From Dudresnaya verticillata (Eukaryota), in the NCBI GenBank assembly GCA_977862235.1, contig OZ374562.1:2356001-2420000 (forward strand): 64,000 nucleotides of DNA, written 5' to 3'. The notes beneath the pieces are model-generated. The model had not been told where the DNA came from and did no database searches. It saw only the letters and a list, made by a program, of their open reading frames with translations. Positions 49,954 through 62,632 of the stretch are shown here, piece by piece; the first letter of the stretch is position 1; each line of letters starts with the position of its first letter. A program made the position numbers and the translations under genes.

Positions 49954-50840
49954 GGCAGATAACTGCAGCGGAAAGGTATGAACTAGAAGAACGGTAGTTC
50001 CGTAACGTAGGCAACGTAGCCAATCGGAATTTCCGAACTTCTAGGTCGGGAGACCAAATGTGGTGCAATCCACTGAGGAAGAAGCGACAGAGGATACACC
50101 TCGGGCTGTTCGGGGGCCCGTGGGTAGCGAGGGCTGGTTGGTAGAGCTGGGGAATGCCCCTTGGTGTGACTGTAAAACACCAAAAGACAGAAAAAGGGAG
50201 GTTCCTTAGAAAGAAGGAAAAAGCAAGAGAAAATAAAGGAAAACAGGATTCTGTACGATGAAGAAGGGTAGCGGATGTACTGGAGTCCAGCCTAAAGAGG
50301 GAGTCGATAGGGTAGGAGGGTACGTCTCGCTGGGCCCAAGCTTAGCCGTTTTAATGTATGAGGGCGCACCTCAGGGCCCTAATATACTATGTAGGAGGCG
50401 GGTGCGCCTTGGTGGCGGATTAAGGTAAGGGGAGGGGGCGTGCCACTTGGCATTACGTGGCGCGCGCAATTCTATAATTATCTACTAAAATATCAACTGT
50501 CAGCCTAGTGGTAGTGTGGCTGAACGGTGTGCGCCAAGGGGGCGCACGTGTGCACGTGTACGCGTTGTCGTCTTGCGGGGCCATCCTTGCTGGCAGAGGG
50601 CGCCGGGCATTGTCAGGTCCGGCCGCCTTACAGAGGCATTTCCCCACTAGCATTGCTGGCTCGTGCGCGTGGTGCCAGAGCTTATTATAGAAATTGACTC
50701 TGAGCTCAATCATCCGCGCAGCGGTTGATCCGCAGGAACCGGCCGCGGTGCGTCCGTCGTCCGCAGTCGCGTGAGCCGCGGTTGGTGGCATTATGAAGAA
50801 TTCTTCAGCAGAGCGTGAAGGCGATTTGCGCCACAGCAAA

Positions 50841-53565
50841 AACTATCTCTACAGAACTATTTCCTTATTCACAAGTGGAGTCGCGGAGATGTAGCCTATT
50901 CGCTCTACACCGAGGCAGAACGCAAGAAGCTCCATCGCGTTTTTGGACATCCTTCCGTATCAGCCCTCATCAATATACTTCGTAAGGCGAGACCAGCGGA
51001 GATGACCAAAGAAGTACGAGAGAGTGTGGCAGAGATTGTCAAGTCCTGTGTGACGTGTGCTGTTAATGCTTCGAGGCCCCGTCGATTCAAGATTACTGTT
51101 GGTACTGATGACCTGCGTTTCAATCATATTGTTGCAGCGGACTTGATGTTTATTAACCGGAAAGCCGTCCTAAATGTCGTCAATGAGGCAACGCACTACT
51201 GTGCTTCAGCTTTCCTAAAAAGCCATAGTTCAGCGTCAGTTTGGAAGACTCTTCTCAAATGCTGGTCACTAGTATACTTAGGCCCACCCGATTTTCTTCG
51301 TGTCGATCAAGGGTCCAATTTTGTGTCTAAAGAGTTCCTGGACAATGATGAAGCTGATGGAATATCCGTACTACAAGCTCCTATTGAATCTCCGTCTACC
51401 ATGTCTCATGTTGAGAGATACCACGGTCCACTTCGCGTAGCCTACAACAAAATACGCCAGAGCATGCCAAGAACAGAAGGAGATAATGAGTGTCTACAAA
51501 TGGCCGTCGAAGCTGTAAATGACACCATCGGTCCAGAAGAGTTATGTCCAAGTTTACTTGTATTTGGGACTATCCCGAGACCGGCCAGAAGGACTCCGGC
51601 TGACACACAGCTAGCACGAGCACGTGCTATTGATAAAGCAATGGACGCCATAAACAAGGAGCAGTCCAAGAGAAGAATATCATTCGGTTTAAAGCACTCG
51701 GGTGGTCCAAAGGGAACAGAACACAGCGCCGTGCTCAGAAAGCTCCCTGCCGGTTCCCCGGTATACGTGTATAGAACTAACTCCAAGAAATGGGAGGGAC
51801 GGTTTCCCTTTATTCATGTGGATGGAGAGACAGCTGTAGTACAACTCTCTTCTGGTCGCAAGATTTTTCGGACGAACGTTATCAAGCCTATGACAGAACC
51901 ACAATACCCTGACATTATCGAACCTAAGGTTCAGCATGAGGACTCACCAGCGAAGAACTTCGATAATGCAACAACTCAACCTGGTACCATTGATGATACC
52001 AGTGTCTACCTGACTGAAGATGTTTTGAAGAATATGTTCGGTGATGAAGTGTTAAGAGAGGAAATCTACATCGCAAACCCCAGTGTCGATCACACGTTTG
52101 CCGAATCCAGAGCAGCAGAGCTGAAAGGTCTCGAGGAACGAGAAGTATTTGAGATCGTGAAGCAGGCTAGTATCCCGAAAAGAACACGGATATACGGTTC
52201 AAGATGGGTTGATCTTCTCAAGTCGGTAGAAGGAAAAACGATCGAGAAATCCAGACTGGTAGCCCAAAACTTCCGTGACAAAGGAGCTTCCGAGATACCA
52301 ACGAAATCTCCTACAGTAAGCCGAGTTGGACAGAGGATCGCATTGGCTTCCATGTTTCCTGAATTTTCGTCCTATATCAGGGACATCTCACAAGCCTATC
52401 TCCAGTCTGAGTACCCCCTCAAACGAAAGGTTTACCTTAGACCCCCACCAGAGATGCTCTTGGAAAAAGGAATGGTTCTTCTCGTGAGGAAGCCTCTTTA
52501 CGGAATTCCAGAGAGTGGACTGTATTGGTTCATTACTTACTCTACACATCATATCGAGAAACTTTTCATGAAGGCCACCAAGTATGACCCTTGCCTACTG
52601 TACCGCAGGGACAATGAAGTACTAAAAGGAGTAACAGCATTACAAGTAGATGACTCATATGGAAACGGTACTAATTAATTTCTGCAAGACGAGGAAAGGG
52701 CATCTTCAAGGTTTCAATGCAAACCACGGAAGATATTGAGATCTGGGGACCACAGTACTTTCAACGGGATGACCATTTCCATCAAAGGTGAGAGAAAGCA
52801 TTGCATTACGCAGCAGGATAAGCTCCGAAAGCTCAAAATGCTGGAAAATGACCGCGAGTTTGTTAGCGTTCGGGCACAGGCACAGTATGTTGGATGTTGT
52901 ACCCGTCCTGACCTTTGTGCAGTCGTTCAACTACTCGCTAGTTCAGCTCCAAGCCCACTACCATCTGATTTCAAAAGACTGCGCAGCGTTGTGAAAAGAT
53001 GTCATGAAACCGCCGACATAGGGTTGAGCTATATTCCGCTGGAGAGAAAATCTCTACGGCTAGTTTTATTCACCGACGCATCTTTTGCTAACGCCGAAAA
53101 CCTCAAATCGCAAATAGGGTTTGTTTTAGTGCTGGCTGATGAACACAATAACGCCAACATTATTCATTACGGCAGTTTCCGATGCAAACGAGTTACTCGT
53201 TCCGTTATGGCTGCCGAAGTTCACGCTTTGATGTATGGTTTTGATAATGCATACATAGTGAGAGAGATGATGAAGGAAATTCGTGGGAAAGAGCTAGAAA
53301 TTGATGCTTCTGTGGACTCCAAGAAATTGTTTAACATAGTGGCAAAGAACAGTTCTACATTGGAAAACGCATTCAGATTCGGGAAAGCCATGCACGCAAG
53401 GAACTTCGCTACTTAGCCTGGATACCCGGTTCTCAAAATTTTGCTGATGGTTTAACGAACAGAATTGTAGGAGACTCGCACCCTCTCTGGAAGTTACTGA
53501 CTACCAACCGGCTAGAAGTAAACCCGGAAGGTTGGGTTGAAGGGACGCGAAATGAATCGATTTGA
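50841..53565 (+). pseudogene. Copia integrase-RT-RNase H (3' part of the polyprotein)
   Basis: LHRVFGH...CVTC, VAADLMF, RVDQGSNF, KSRLVAQ, RDISQAYLQS, KPLYGIPESG, QVDD and FTDASFAN. Stop at 52678 and frameshift near 53370. Confidence 0.92.
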
Positions 53566-53825
53566 AGCAAAAGCTCCAAAAAGAAAAACCTTCGAGTGTC
53601 GTTCAACTTGGGTAGGTATAGAGGACTTCGAGCGAAGTCAATCTGGCCCAGCCTTGGCCGGAGATTATAAATGGGTGGTCAAGATAGAGTAGCATGTAGT
53701 ATCAACTGTCACTGAATATTGTCAGTAGTTGCATTCAATTCCACGTTCGCGTGGAGGATGAAACTCAGTACAAGAACTATTCCGACGTCAGCAACAAAGT
53801 AAAGAAAAGCCAACGATTACAAAAC

Positions 53826-54481
53826 TGTGGTGAGGTGAGATTCGGCATCCGAAACGGTGGAAATGCATATAGTGTGGCCTGAACCGCTGTGGGATTTGTG
53901 AACGTGTATCTGTGTCGGTTTTGGGTGCATTGTTGTGTGCTGGCGTACATTGTTGTGCAGCAGTGGAGCGCACTAACCGAAGCGGAGTAGTTGTAGTATT
54001 TATTCTTTATTTTTAGTGAGTATCTGTACGGTGTGTAGAGTAGCGCGCCAGCCAATGAGAATGTTGCACATGTCCGCGTCGGAGATTGGGACCAGCAGGG
54101 CCGATTCCACCATGGGTCCAGACCACTAGGGTCTGGCCCCCACGGACCGGACCGCTCGGTGCCACCCTGACTTGTATATCAGGGCGGCACCGCAGCGGCT
54201 CCTAAGGTAAACGGGTAAGTAACCTTAGCCCAATCATTTACGGTTTTCCCCGCGCCGAGCCCGTTGCGGTCTACCACCACCACCGTTACGGAGTCCGTCC
54301 CGGCACTCGTACCACCCCCTTGTCTGTTGCTTCCCAATATCCGTCTCGGTTAGCCGCTAGCTGTTCTCCCGTTACGGTGCGAACTGCTCTACCACCCCGT
54401 GGAGGTAGTGTTGCTCTCGTCCGTTAAGGAAAGTCAGGCCAGCTGTCCGTCTCGGAGTTCGTGGGTTTTCACTACACCACA
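53826..54481. mobile_element. Solo LTR inserted in the Copia 3' LTR
   Basis: A 656-bp segment absent from the 5' LTR, with ends TGTGGTG...CACCACA and duplicated AAAC overlapping the terminal A. Confidence 0.85.
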
Positions 54482-56286
54482 AACAGAACAACAACCAAAC
54501 AATCTAGGGAACTAGTCTAGCACACGCTACAGACCGGAGACGGTGCAACGCTTTGCGTTTGTAACTAATGGAAGACAAGTTCAAAGAACCACGGAACACT
54601 CAACTAGTGTCTACGTTTGAATCAACCTCCGCTACCATTGGAATCAATTGCTCCGCCCTCAGTCAGCTCTTTTGAGAGCTGTTCCGAGCGTGCAGCTCTT
54701 GCACTCGTGCTAACCGAAGCAGCCCTTTTGAGGGCCGTTTATCGACGAACACGTGTGGATCCTAACGGCTACAGTGCCGTAAAGGTCTGTATTTTGACAC
54801 TTAGACTAGCTAGGCATGCTTCTTGTACTCTTCTCTTTGAACTTCTCGTTACATAATGCCTTCTCTTCCCCTCTTTCAAGGTCTACATCATCATTCATTC
54901 AAATTGGATAGATTGCAGGTGTAACAGAAGCAGGAGAGAAGGGTGAACGTTTTTCAGCTAAGGGGAGGAAGCTTTTCGAAGATATATGGGGAGGGGTGGT
55001 TGTGAATGCTGTATCGGTTAACGACGAGGGTTGGTATCGGAAGAGGGTGGATCGAAAGCGGGCAGTCGCGGTAGAGTTTTAGTTTCTTCGAATGGGTGCC
55101 ACCGGTCTCTGCGGTATAGCTGAATAACTTGACTTGAAGAGCTCTTCACTAATGGCTGAAACACTACTTTTTGTTGTACCGTTTATGGTTCAAGCACTGC
55201 CGTTCAAGATATATGTTTTTACTTTTTATTTCTCAAGCACTGCCGTTCACAGTATTCGAACCCTACCATAATGGTCCCCATCTCTCTCTTCACAGTATTT
55301 GTTTTACAGATTCTTGTTCAGGCAGTTGAGTAGTTACATACTAGATATGTTGTTTCGATTATTTCTGCGGTTCACGGCTACGGTATGACAGAACTAGCTG
55401 TTTGATAGGTTTATGTTACGTCTAGTACTGCAGTGCATTCATGCTACAGATTACGATGTAGTGCAGACTTTGGTCTATTTATATTGACCTTCTTGAGGTC
55501 TGCAGTAGTTCTAGCTATCGAGCCACAACAACACTTCCCAACTTATCAATACCCATTCTATTTTCTATCTATATCCCATCACTTTCCCTTTCGTCAGCAA
55601 TCCATCCATTCAGTGTGCATCCCTCCCTTTTTAAATAGCCCGCTACAATTGATAGAAACCGTCGTCTTTGCGGCTCGAGAATTGTATGTTGCCGATTGTG
55701 TGGAAGCAATCATAAGCATCCCATTAATTGCAAGATTGACACCTAAGGTGGCTAGACTTGTATCAACTCTAGCCCGGCCGTCAGGAGACTTCTATGTTTC
55801 TGGAAATCCAAAGTCCGGCGAGACCACTGTGACGAGAAATTGCTGATGACATGCAATACAGGCTCATTTGCCTGTGGATCAAGGATAAGGTACGGTAGCG
55901 AAAAAAAAGGGAGCCAGGGAACATTACCTCTACAAGTTCAGAAGATAGCAGAGGGTACTTTACTCAAAGAAAGAAAAACAATGTAGGCACCTTAAGGGAG
56001 CCTACATCCGGCTAGGATGAGAACTGAGGTATTCAAACTTGCGACGATTGACTACAACGGCAACTTATTGAAGTGCTAAAGAAGATGATGGCGTTTCTCT
56101 AGCGCAATCTGGCCTATCCACCCAGGGGTATCTGTTTGGAGATTAGAACATGCCAAAAAAGACAGTTCCAAAACAAGCTACGCTGGTAGTCGGTTACAAG
56201 GTGTTCCAGAGAAACAGAAGCGATCTTCCCCATCTACAAACCTCTCTCCCAGCTCCCCGACGGGACTTATCGACATTGCCGAACCA

Positions 56287-56953
56287 CTAACGGCACGTGT
56301 GATAGCACTCTGCAGCCGATCTGAATCCGGGGGTACCAAAGCATCCACCCCAGATAAACGTCTTGCAGCTCTGCTCACGCGACACCAAAGCAAACGCATC
56401 AGAAGAGATATATTAGCGAAACGTCAGTAGATTCATCAATGCAAAGCGTGCAGTCCTTGGGAGCATAAAATCAACGTACGTTCGAGCTTGAATCAAAGTA
56501 GTACCTAGTTATACGCCTGCTGCAAGGTCCACGGTCAGGTTTCTGCTCGCAGGTACACCTTTTGGTGCACTCTGAAAGCGTTCTGAACCGACTGGAGCCA
56601 AAGCAGCCCCCATAGATGAACGATTTACATTTCTAGAAACAGATGATGGGATTGGGGAGCAGGAGGCATAAAATGTTTCGTTAGGATTGTGTGATCACAT
56701 TAGTGACATAATGCTACAGGGTTCGTGCAGAAGCTGGATAGCCCTTGGGTATGGACGGCCACCGCTGCACACTTTTCGCCCAAATTAAGAACCTAGAATG
56801 TCGTACCTTTGCGCTTGAATCATAGTAGTAGCGTGTATATGTACCGGAGCACGGCCCTCTGTACGGCGACAACGAACATCGATAGTCTAGTGCATCCGCC
56901 TGAATGAAGAGAAGCTGCAGAAACAGAAGAACAGCAGCGAGCCTGAGAAACAT
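56287..56953 (-). CDS. Secreted two-domain Kunitz/BPTI protease inhibitor, 127 aa, 3 exons
   Basis: Exons are 56953-56807, 56632-56480 and 56370-56287 with GT..AG phase-0 introns. Signal peptide MFLRLAAVLLFLQLLFIQADA. Two C..GPC..RYY..C..F.[YW]GGC.G...F.....C...C domains. Confidence 0.9.
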
Positions 56954-58149
56954 CTTGACGAGCTGATCTGCAATAATGGATGGAGTTGACCTTTGTTCAG
57001 CTACAACGCGTGAGTGCAAGAGGGATAAGATGGACTTCGAGACCATCAGAGTCTCTGAGTAATTTATATACTGGCCTGGATTGCCCACGGCAATCCGGGG
57101 CTTAACGGTACTCCTACTGTACATATGGATAATTTCGCAGTTCTCTGGTTCTTTGCAGAAAGTCGAGAAGCAGGAAGCGGGAGAATGACTCGTCTGAAGC
57201 AAGACTTCATAGAACGATTCTCCAATGTTGCCAATACGGGTGCACTTGAACTCTCATGTAATGGTTAATAAGCTGTTGCAATGCGATGATCAAGAAGGCC
57301 CTTTGGTGCAAAACGTGGCATAGGAATGTGCCCGCACGCTCCGTGCCTCTGCTGGAAAATGAAAGTCTTATTGATGATGATTTTGAGATTGACACTAGTT
57401 TATCGCAACCCAGTTCACGTATCTTTCAGCACGTGACGAAAGTTTAACCTCGCATTGCAGAAGAACCAGTAAAACCTTTACCATGATCTGAAGCAAAATG
57501 CTGATCTCTTAGCTTTCGAACTGATTTCTTTTAGGATTGCGGGGTGTGTTCAGCACCACAACCTCGCAGTACTTTCGTTGGCTAGTTTTCATGCCATGTC
57601 ATGAGCAACCTCGGACTGAAGGAGGGGTTAGTATGAGCAATAATTCGTGCAATAAAATCACTGCGCTATGTAACGTCCTCATCCACTGTTAACAAAACTC
57701 GTGCCAAGATTGCAAGGTGGAAGCCACAGGCTCAAGCCTGAGAGAGCGGGAGGGAGAGGCTTTCTCAGACTCCAATCACCAATCCAATCGGACTGCGGGA
57801 AACGCTTTAGCGATGCGTGGTGCTTCAGTTTTCGTTCATTCGTGTGGATAATTCGCCCTGTTGTATGACATGTTACATTGTACCCTTCAATATCAGGCAG
57901 AGTCGAAAGTTTCACTTTCCCGGAAGGGCGTAACCATTTGTCAAAACTTTGTCAACTTGTGCGGTGCAGATTCTTCACCGAAGCAGAGCAGCTAGGTCTT
58001 CCTTGTAGCCGTATTGGGTTTGTACTCTCGTACGTGGCGTTGGAAAAACGGAAACCACAAGCCACATTGCCAACATTAAGCTCATAATACTGATGATGTG
58101 AAGGTCATCATGTTGATATTAGGTCGATACAGCGACTGTGAATGGAACG

Positions 58150-59200
58150 GGCTTGTTATTGCAACGCGTGCGGCCCGAGGGGCGCCTCCTTCTTGACTCG
58201 AGCAGGTGAGGCCCCGGCTATGTTTCTCTGACATGTTCGACCGTGTGGAGCGGAGCCTCTCAGCAGATAATTGAACACTTGAACGCGTCGTACATATAGA
58301 TGCAAGCTGGAGCTCATTCTGATTCTGTTGGCTACGTGGTCATGCTCTCCTTGCAGTGGGTGGGCTTTACATTTCGGCAACAATTGCACCTGGCAGCAAA
58401 TAAGTCGGAGAAGGAGCACCGTGAAGGAAAAGAAACAAAGGTAGCCTTCTGTTTGGGGACAGAGCCTGCCCTGTGGCGCATTCAGCAAGGCAGGGTGAAC
58501 AGTAGTGGGATGCTGGGGCTTTCACCCATGCCAATACGCCCTAACTCCAGGAGAGTGCTGCGTCAGTAATTCAAACAAGCTGAGGTGTTTCTCAAATAAT
58601 GTTGCGGTACCCGTCATTGACGGGACTCAGAATGGATCGACATGTCCAGCCGACCTGCAGTTTTCAGACGCCGAGCGGTACGGCACTGGGGGTTTGGCTC
58701 GTTATTGGCTCGCTGCAACGCTTCAGTTTCTACTCTTGGCACGACGCGAGGCTCATATACATTCAGCGCATCCCTTTCGTGCCAACGCCGAGGAAAAGAA
58801 GCTCAGAATAGAAGCAACAACGCAGGGCGATGTAATCGGATCTCGGAAAACCCCGATTGGCATTTTGTAGCAAAGAGAGATGGGGAACTTTATGGTAGGG
58901 TTCGAGGGTTCGAAGGGCGCTAGGTCGCCCGGGTAGCAAATGCGTTCGATGTAACGATTGGGAGGTATTAATACGTAATACTTCTCCCATAAAACGCTTA
59001 GGGTACACAAGCTGTGCACGTGACACAATGCGCCGTGACCTCGTTTCAAAGAGCTCGTTGAATCTGAGATTGAAGCCCTCTTCACATTTTAGAGAACGCC
59101 GCAAGAGTAGATGTTCGCACAGTTCGCACACGTCGTGGTGCGCTCTATCAACGAGGGTAAAGTTAGCATTACAGCTAACATGGCAACAGTTGGGGTCAAC
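58150..59200 (+). pseudogene. Possible heavily decayed KDZ/CxC-type transposase
   Basis: Scattered YCNACGP, PVIDGTQNG, TPIGIL*QRDGELYG and RVHKLC fragments resemble KDZ motifs. Many stops. Confidence 0.25.
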
Positions 59201-61283
59201 AGCTGCTCCTTTGAATGACACGAGCATCACTGCATAATATTAGTCCACAACCCCTTGGGGGCACAAGGCACAGCCGCGCGAGATCCACGTATCATAACAG
59301 ATACACAGCTTTTGTCCGGCGTGGCGTGCCATACTTCCCATGGAGTGAGCGCATGGTGCGCTCTGCCGGAGCATGGGCCCCACGCAGCCTTACACTTGTT
59401 GCAGCGCACGGCACGTGAATTTGAAAAGTCTCATGGCCTCAGCGCCAATCCTAGAGCCCATTGATTGTCTGCAGGTGGGAGAGACTATCAATTCCTTGCC
59501 CAAAAACTCACTTCTCCCTCACTTCTCCCGAACTGATATGGGCATACTTGCCTTCCTCCCCGAGGTGGACTGTTCACTGGGTTTCAGAAGGTCCTCGAAG
59601 CTGCCTCCTTCAGTCTCAGCCGCTCTTCATTCGAATGCGGCGCTTCAGCTTTAGTTTCTGTAGTTCAGCAAGTCGTTTGAAGAGCCTCAACAGGCCAACA
59701 ACAGTTGAACTCAACTCATTCTCAGTGTATGAGAATCGCTCACTACTGCACTTGACTACTTGCTACATACAAAACAGTGACAGTAGGCGTGGGTATGCCA
59801 ACACTTGCGGACATCTGTTGTTTTCCTCAACTGAGCTGAGGGAGCTGCGATCCCTTGCGCCAATCTCCCCAGAACCAACGTCCATTATTCTGGGGTGCGG
59901 AGATGCTGCACGCCTGCTCTACAGAACCGTGACGATGACTACTCAAGGCAAGCAGCCCCCCTTCCAAAGATAGTACAATATTGCTTCTTGCCCATGCTGG
60001 CCCCAAACGTCCCAAACGTAGCCTGACGCTGTAGCAAAGGAGCCTGGGAAACGCTTGATACGTCCTTGACGGATAGATTCCGGCAGGCGATGAAGGGACC
60101 CATCGTTCCCCGTGAAGAGCAGACGTCGAGGATTGCTCGATTTGGCTAGGGAAGGAGGTTGGGTCAACATGTGAATCTGTTGCTGATAGGGTCTGCTGGG
60201 GTGGGAAGCAGGAGAGTTCGACCTTCTCAGGTGCGGTACAGCTCTTCTCTCCGCTTCAGTTTCACAAAACACCACGAAGGGGCATCTCGATGATCTTAGC
60301 TCTGTTGGTGGACTGCGGTGGTCTGTGAACACAGGTCTCATTTAGATGCCTCTTCAGGAATGCTAACAATGTAGACACCGGCGGCATGTTTGCACGGGTA
60401 TGCGTCCCGGTGGAAGAGTAGGGACCGACATTCACCTCGCCTCGCTGGTCTGGGTGTACGGTGGACAATAGAAACGAGGAAGAGAGAAGCCTCGTCGAAC
60501 TCAGCCCCGAGGGTATGGCACACTGAGAAAGTGGCTCTGACTACTACAGACTGCTCCCAGAGGAAGTGACGTTCCAGCGACTCGCTCACTTGTGGGTCTT
60601 CCAAAACAATTAAGTCAATCATTCTAACATTTGGGTCAAGATGCTCTCTTCAAGCCACCACGCTATCAATTCGGGATGTTCTGCTAACTTGGCGCTGGAC
60701 CTGGAGAGCTATGCCGGCAACATCGCGAAATCCGTATGTGGCAGAGGATGCAGACGCTTTCAGTTACAGCCTGGACGAACAAGGTGGTTTCCGGACGATG
60801 TTCAACTTGGACAGAATGCGGTCATGGTGCAGGCGCCAGGAGGCGGACGCCGGAAGGGCTTTATTGCCGGAACAGGAAGAGGAACTGGAAGGCAATTTCG
60901 ACGACCAGCAATGCGCAAGTTGGAACCGAATATGGAACGACGGGAGATTTGCTGAGGTATTTCACGTCGGCGCGCGCGAGAAGGAGACAAGTGTCTCGAT
61001 GCGCACTTGAGTTGCGGTGATTGGTTGTGGGAAAGAAACACTTTGCGTTCATTGGCTAACTGCAGATACTGCTGCAACTTTGGCACATGCTCTTCAGATC
61101 AGCACGGTGAGCTCACCTCCACCTCTACCGACAACTACTTGTACGTCGTCTGCAGACGCAACCGCTTCCAGTTTTCGCAGGCCGCCTTCCCGGGGCAGAC
61201 CTCAGCACCACCACCACCTCCCGCGCGCGAGGGGCAAAACCCGCCCATCAACGTTTTCATCTGAATACTAACAGCGTGATCCC

Positions 61284-62632
61284 TTACTTTCCAGTAACAA
61301 CTAATTCTTTGCCGCACTTCGCGCCGACGCAGTCTTTGCGGTTTTGGAACGGTACGGTACCCGCACAACCTCCCCAGAAGAACGGCTCGCATTTCTAAAC
61401 TCGCGCGTCATGCGTCGCGTTAACGGAGCACGTTAGCATCGATCGCGGCAGCCAACTACAGCCGAACGCAATGCCTCGCGTGGCAAGACTTACCTTCTTC
61501 ACGGCGTTGTAAAACCACTTCTCAATAGAGCCGTCACACGGCCCGACATCTGGCGCCATGTCACACGGATCACACTTGTCCTTGCATGCGCTCAGCGTCT
61601 TGAACGGCACCACGCCCTTGCATCCTCCCCAGAAGAACAGTTTGCATTTCTGTATCATTCAAAGTCGTGCGAAAGAGTCGCGTTTTGGTCAGAGTCAGAA
61701 AGTCGCACGGGCGCATCGCAGGCGGTCATATTCTTTGTTTGCCACGTCCTCACCTTTGTCACCGCATCGAAGAAATACCTCGGAATCCTAGCCTTGCAAG
61801 GCCCAACCTGCGGCGCCAACTTGCAACGGTCTACCATGCACTTTGCCTTTCGGCAGTCCTTCTTCTTGCCGAACGGGACGGTTCCAAAGCAGCCGCTCCA
61901 CGAGAAGCTGGCGCATTTCTACACGGGAGCACCGCACGCAGACGCAACCGGGTTAGCGCTCGGCAAACGACTACAACGCATCGCGCAACATGTCGATGGA
62001 CAAATAACGTACCCCCGTGCGCTGGTCGAAGAACCACCGCTTGATGCTTCGCGTGCACGGCCCGCGCCGCGGCTCCAGTTTGCAGCGCACCGCGGGAGGC
62101 AGCGGCGTCGGAGAGGGTGGCACGACGGGGACACAGCCAGCGGCGCGGCACTGAGCTCGTGTGGTGAACGGGACGTTCCCTTTGCAGCCCCCCCAGATGA
62201 ACTTAGTGCATTTCTGAAAAAAGCAAGAACACGCGGGCAAGGCCCCGTCACGCGGTGGTCAGACACGCCATCGAGAACCAACAACTCCAGCAGCGCGCGC
62301 GTTCGGAGCAAGCGCATGGCGAGTGCACGTACGTCTCGGGCGTTGTCGAAGAACCAGCGTATGAAGCGGGCGCGGCACGGTCCGGTTTCCGGGATTTCCG
62401 TGCACGCGTCGCAGCGAGCTGACTGGCATGCGGCGAGCGAGGCGAACGGGACGACGCCGGCGCAGCCGCCCCACAGAAAGCGCGCGCACGCACGCGCCGA
62501 CGCGTCGTAGTACCAGCGCGGGATGGCCGCCTCGCACGGGCCCGCGTCCGGGCGCAGGCGGCACGCGGCAGGCTGCGCCAGTGACGCGCGCAGCGACGCG
62601 AGCAGGAGGAAGAGTATGGATAGACGGGACAT
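61284..62632 (-). CDS. Secreted five-domain Kunitz/BPTI protease inhibitor, 310 aa, 5 exons
   Basis: Exons are 62632-62333, 62213-62013, 61918-61754, 61649-61494 and 61394-61284. All introns are GT..AG phase 0, with GCTAAC branch sites in introns 2 and 4. Signal peptide MSRLSILFLLLASLRASLA, then five 6-Cys GPC...W[GS]GC.G.VPF domains. Confidence 0.93.

Larger units (their letters stand above)
39059..50835 (-). mobile_element. Near-intact 11.8-kb Ty3/Gypsy chromodomain retrotransposon nested in Copia pol
   Basis: LTRs at 50059-50835 (5') and 39059-39834 (3') with 11 differences, and TSD GCAAA. PBS TGGTCTCCCGACC at 50044-50056 (tRNA-Tyr-like, inferred). PPT CTTAACGGGGGGGAGA at 39835-39850. Confidence 0.97.
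36305..54799 (+). mobile_element. Ty1/Copia LTR retrotransposon with two nested insertions
   Basis: LTRs at 36305-36848 and 53597-54799 (TGTC...GACA, about 12 mismatches in 544 bp), TSD CTTAG on both sides, and an A-rich PPT before the 3' LTR. Confidence 0.95.

Noticed and set aside
54805..56280. AT-rich region with ORF 55433-55846
   Set aside because: No motif, termini or splice structure recognised.
61794..62510. 238-aa plus-strand ORF
   Set aside because: It is the antisense shadow of the Kunitz gene.
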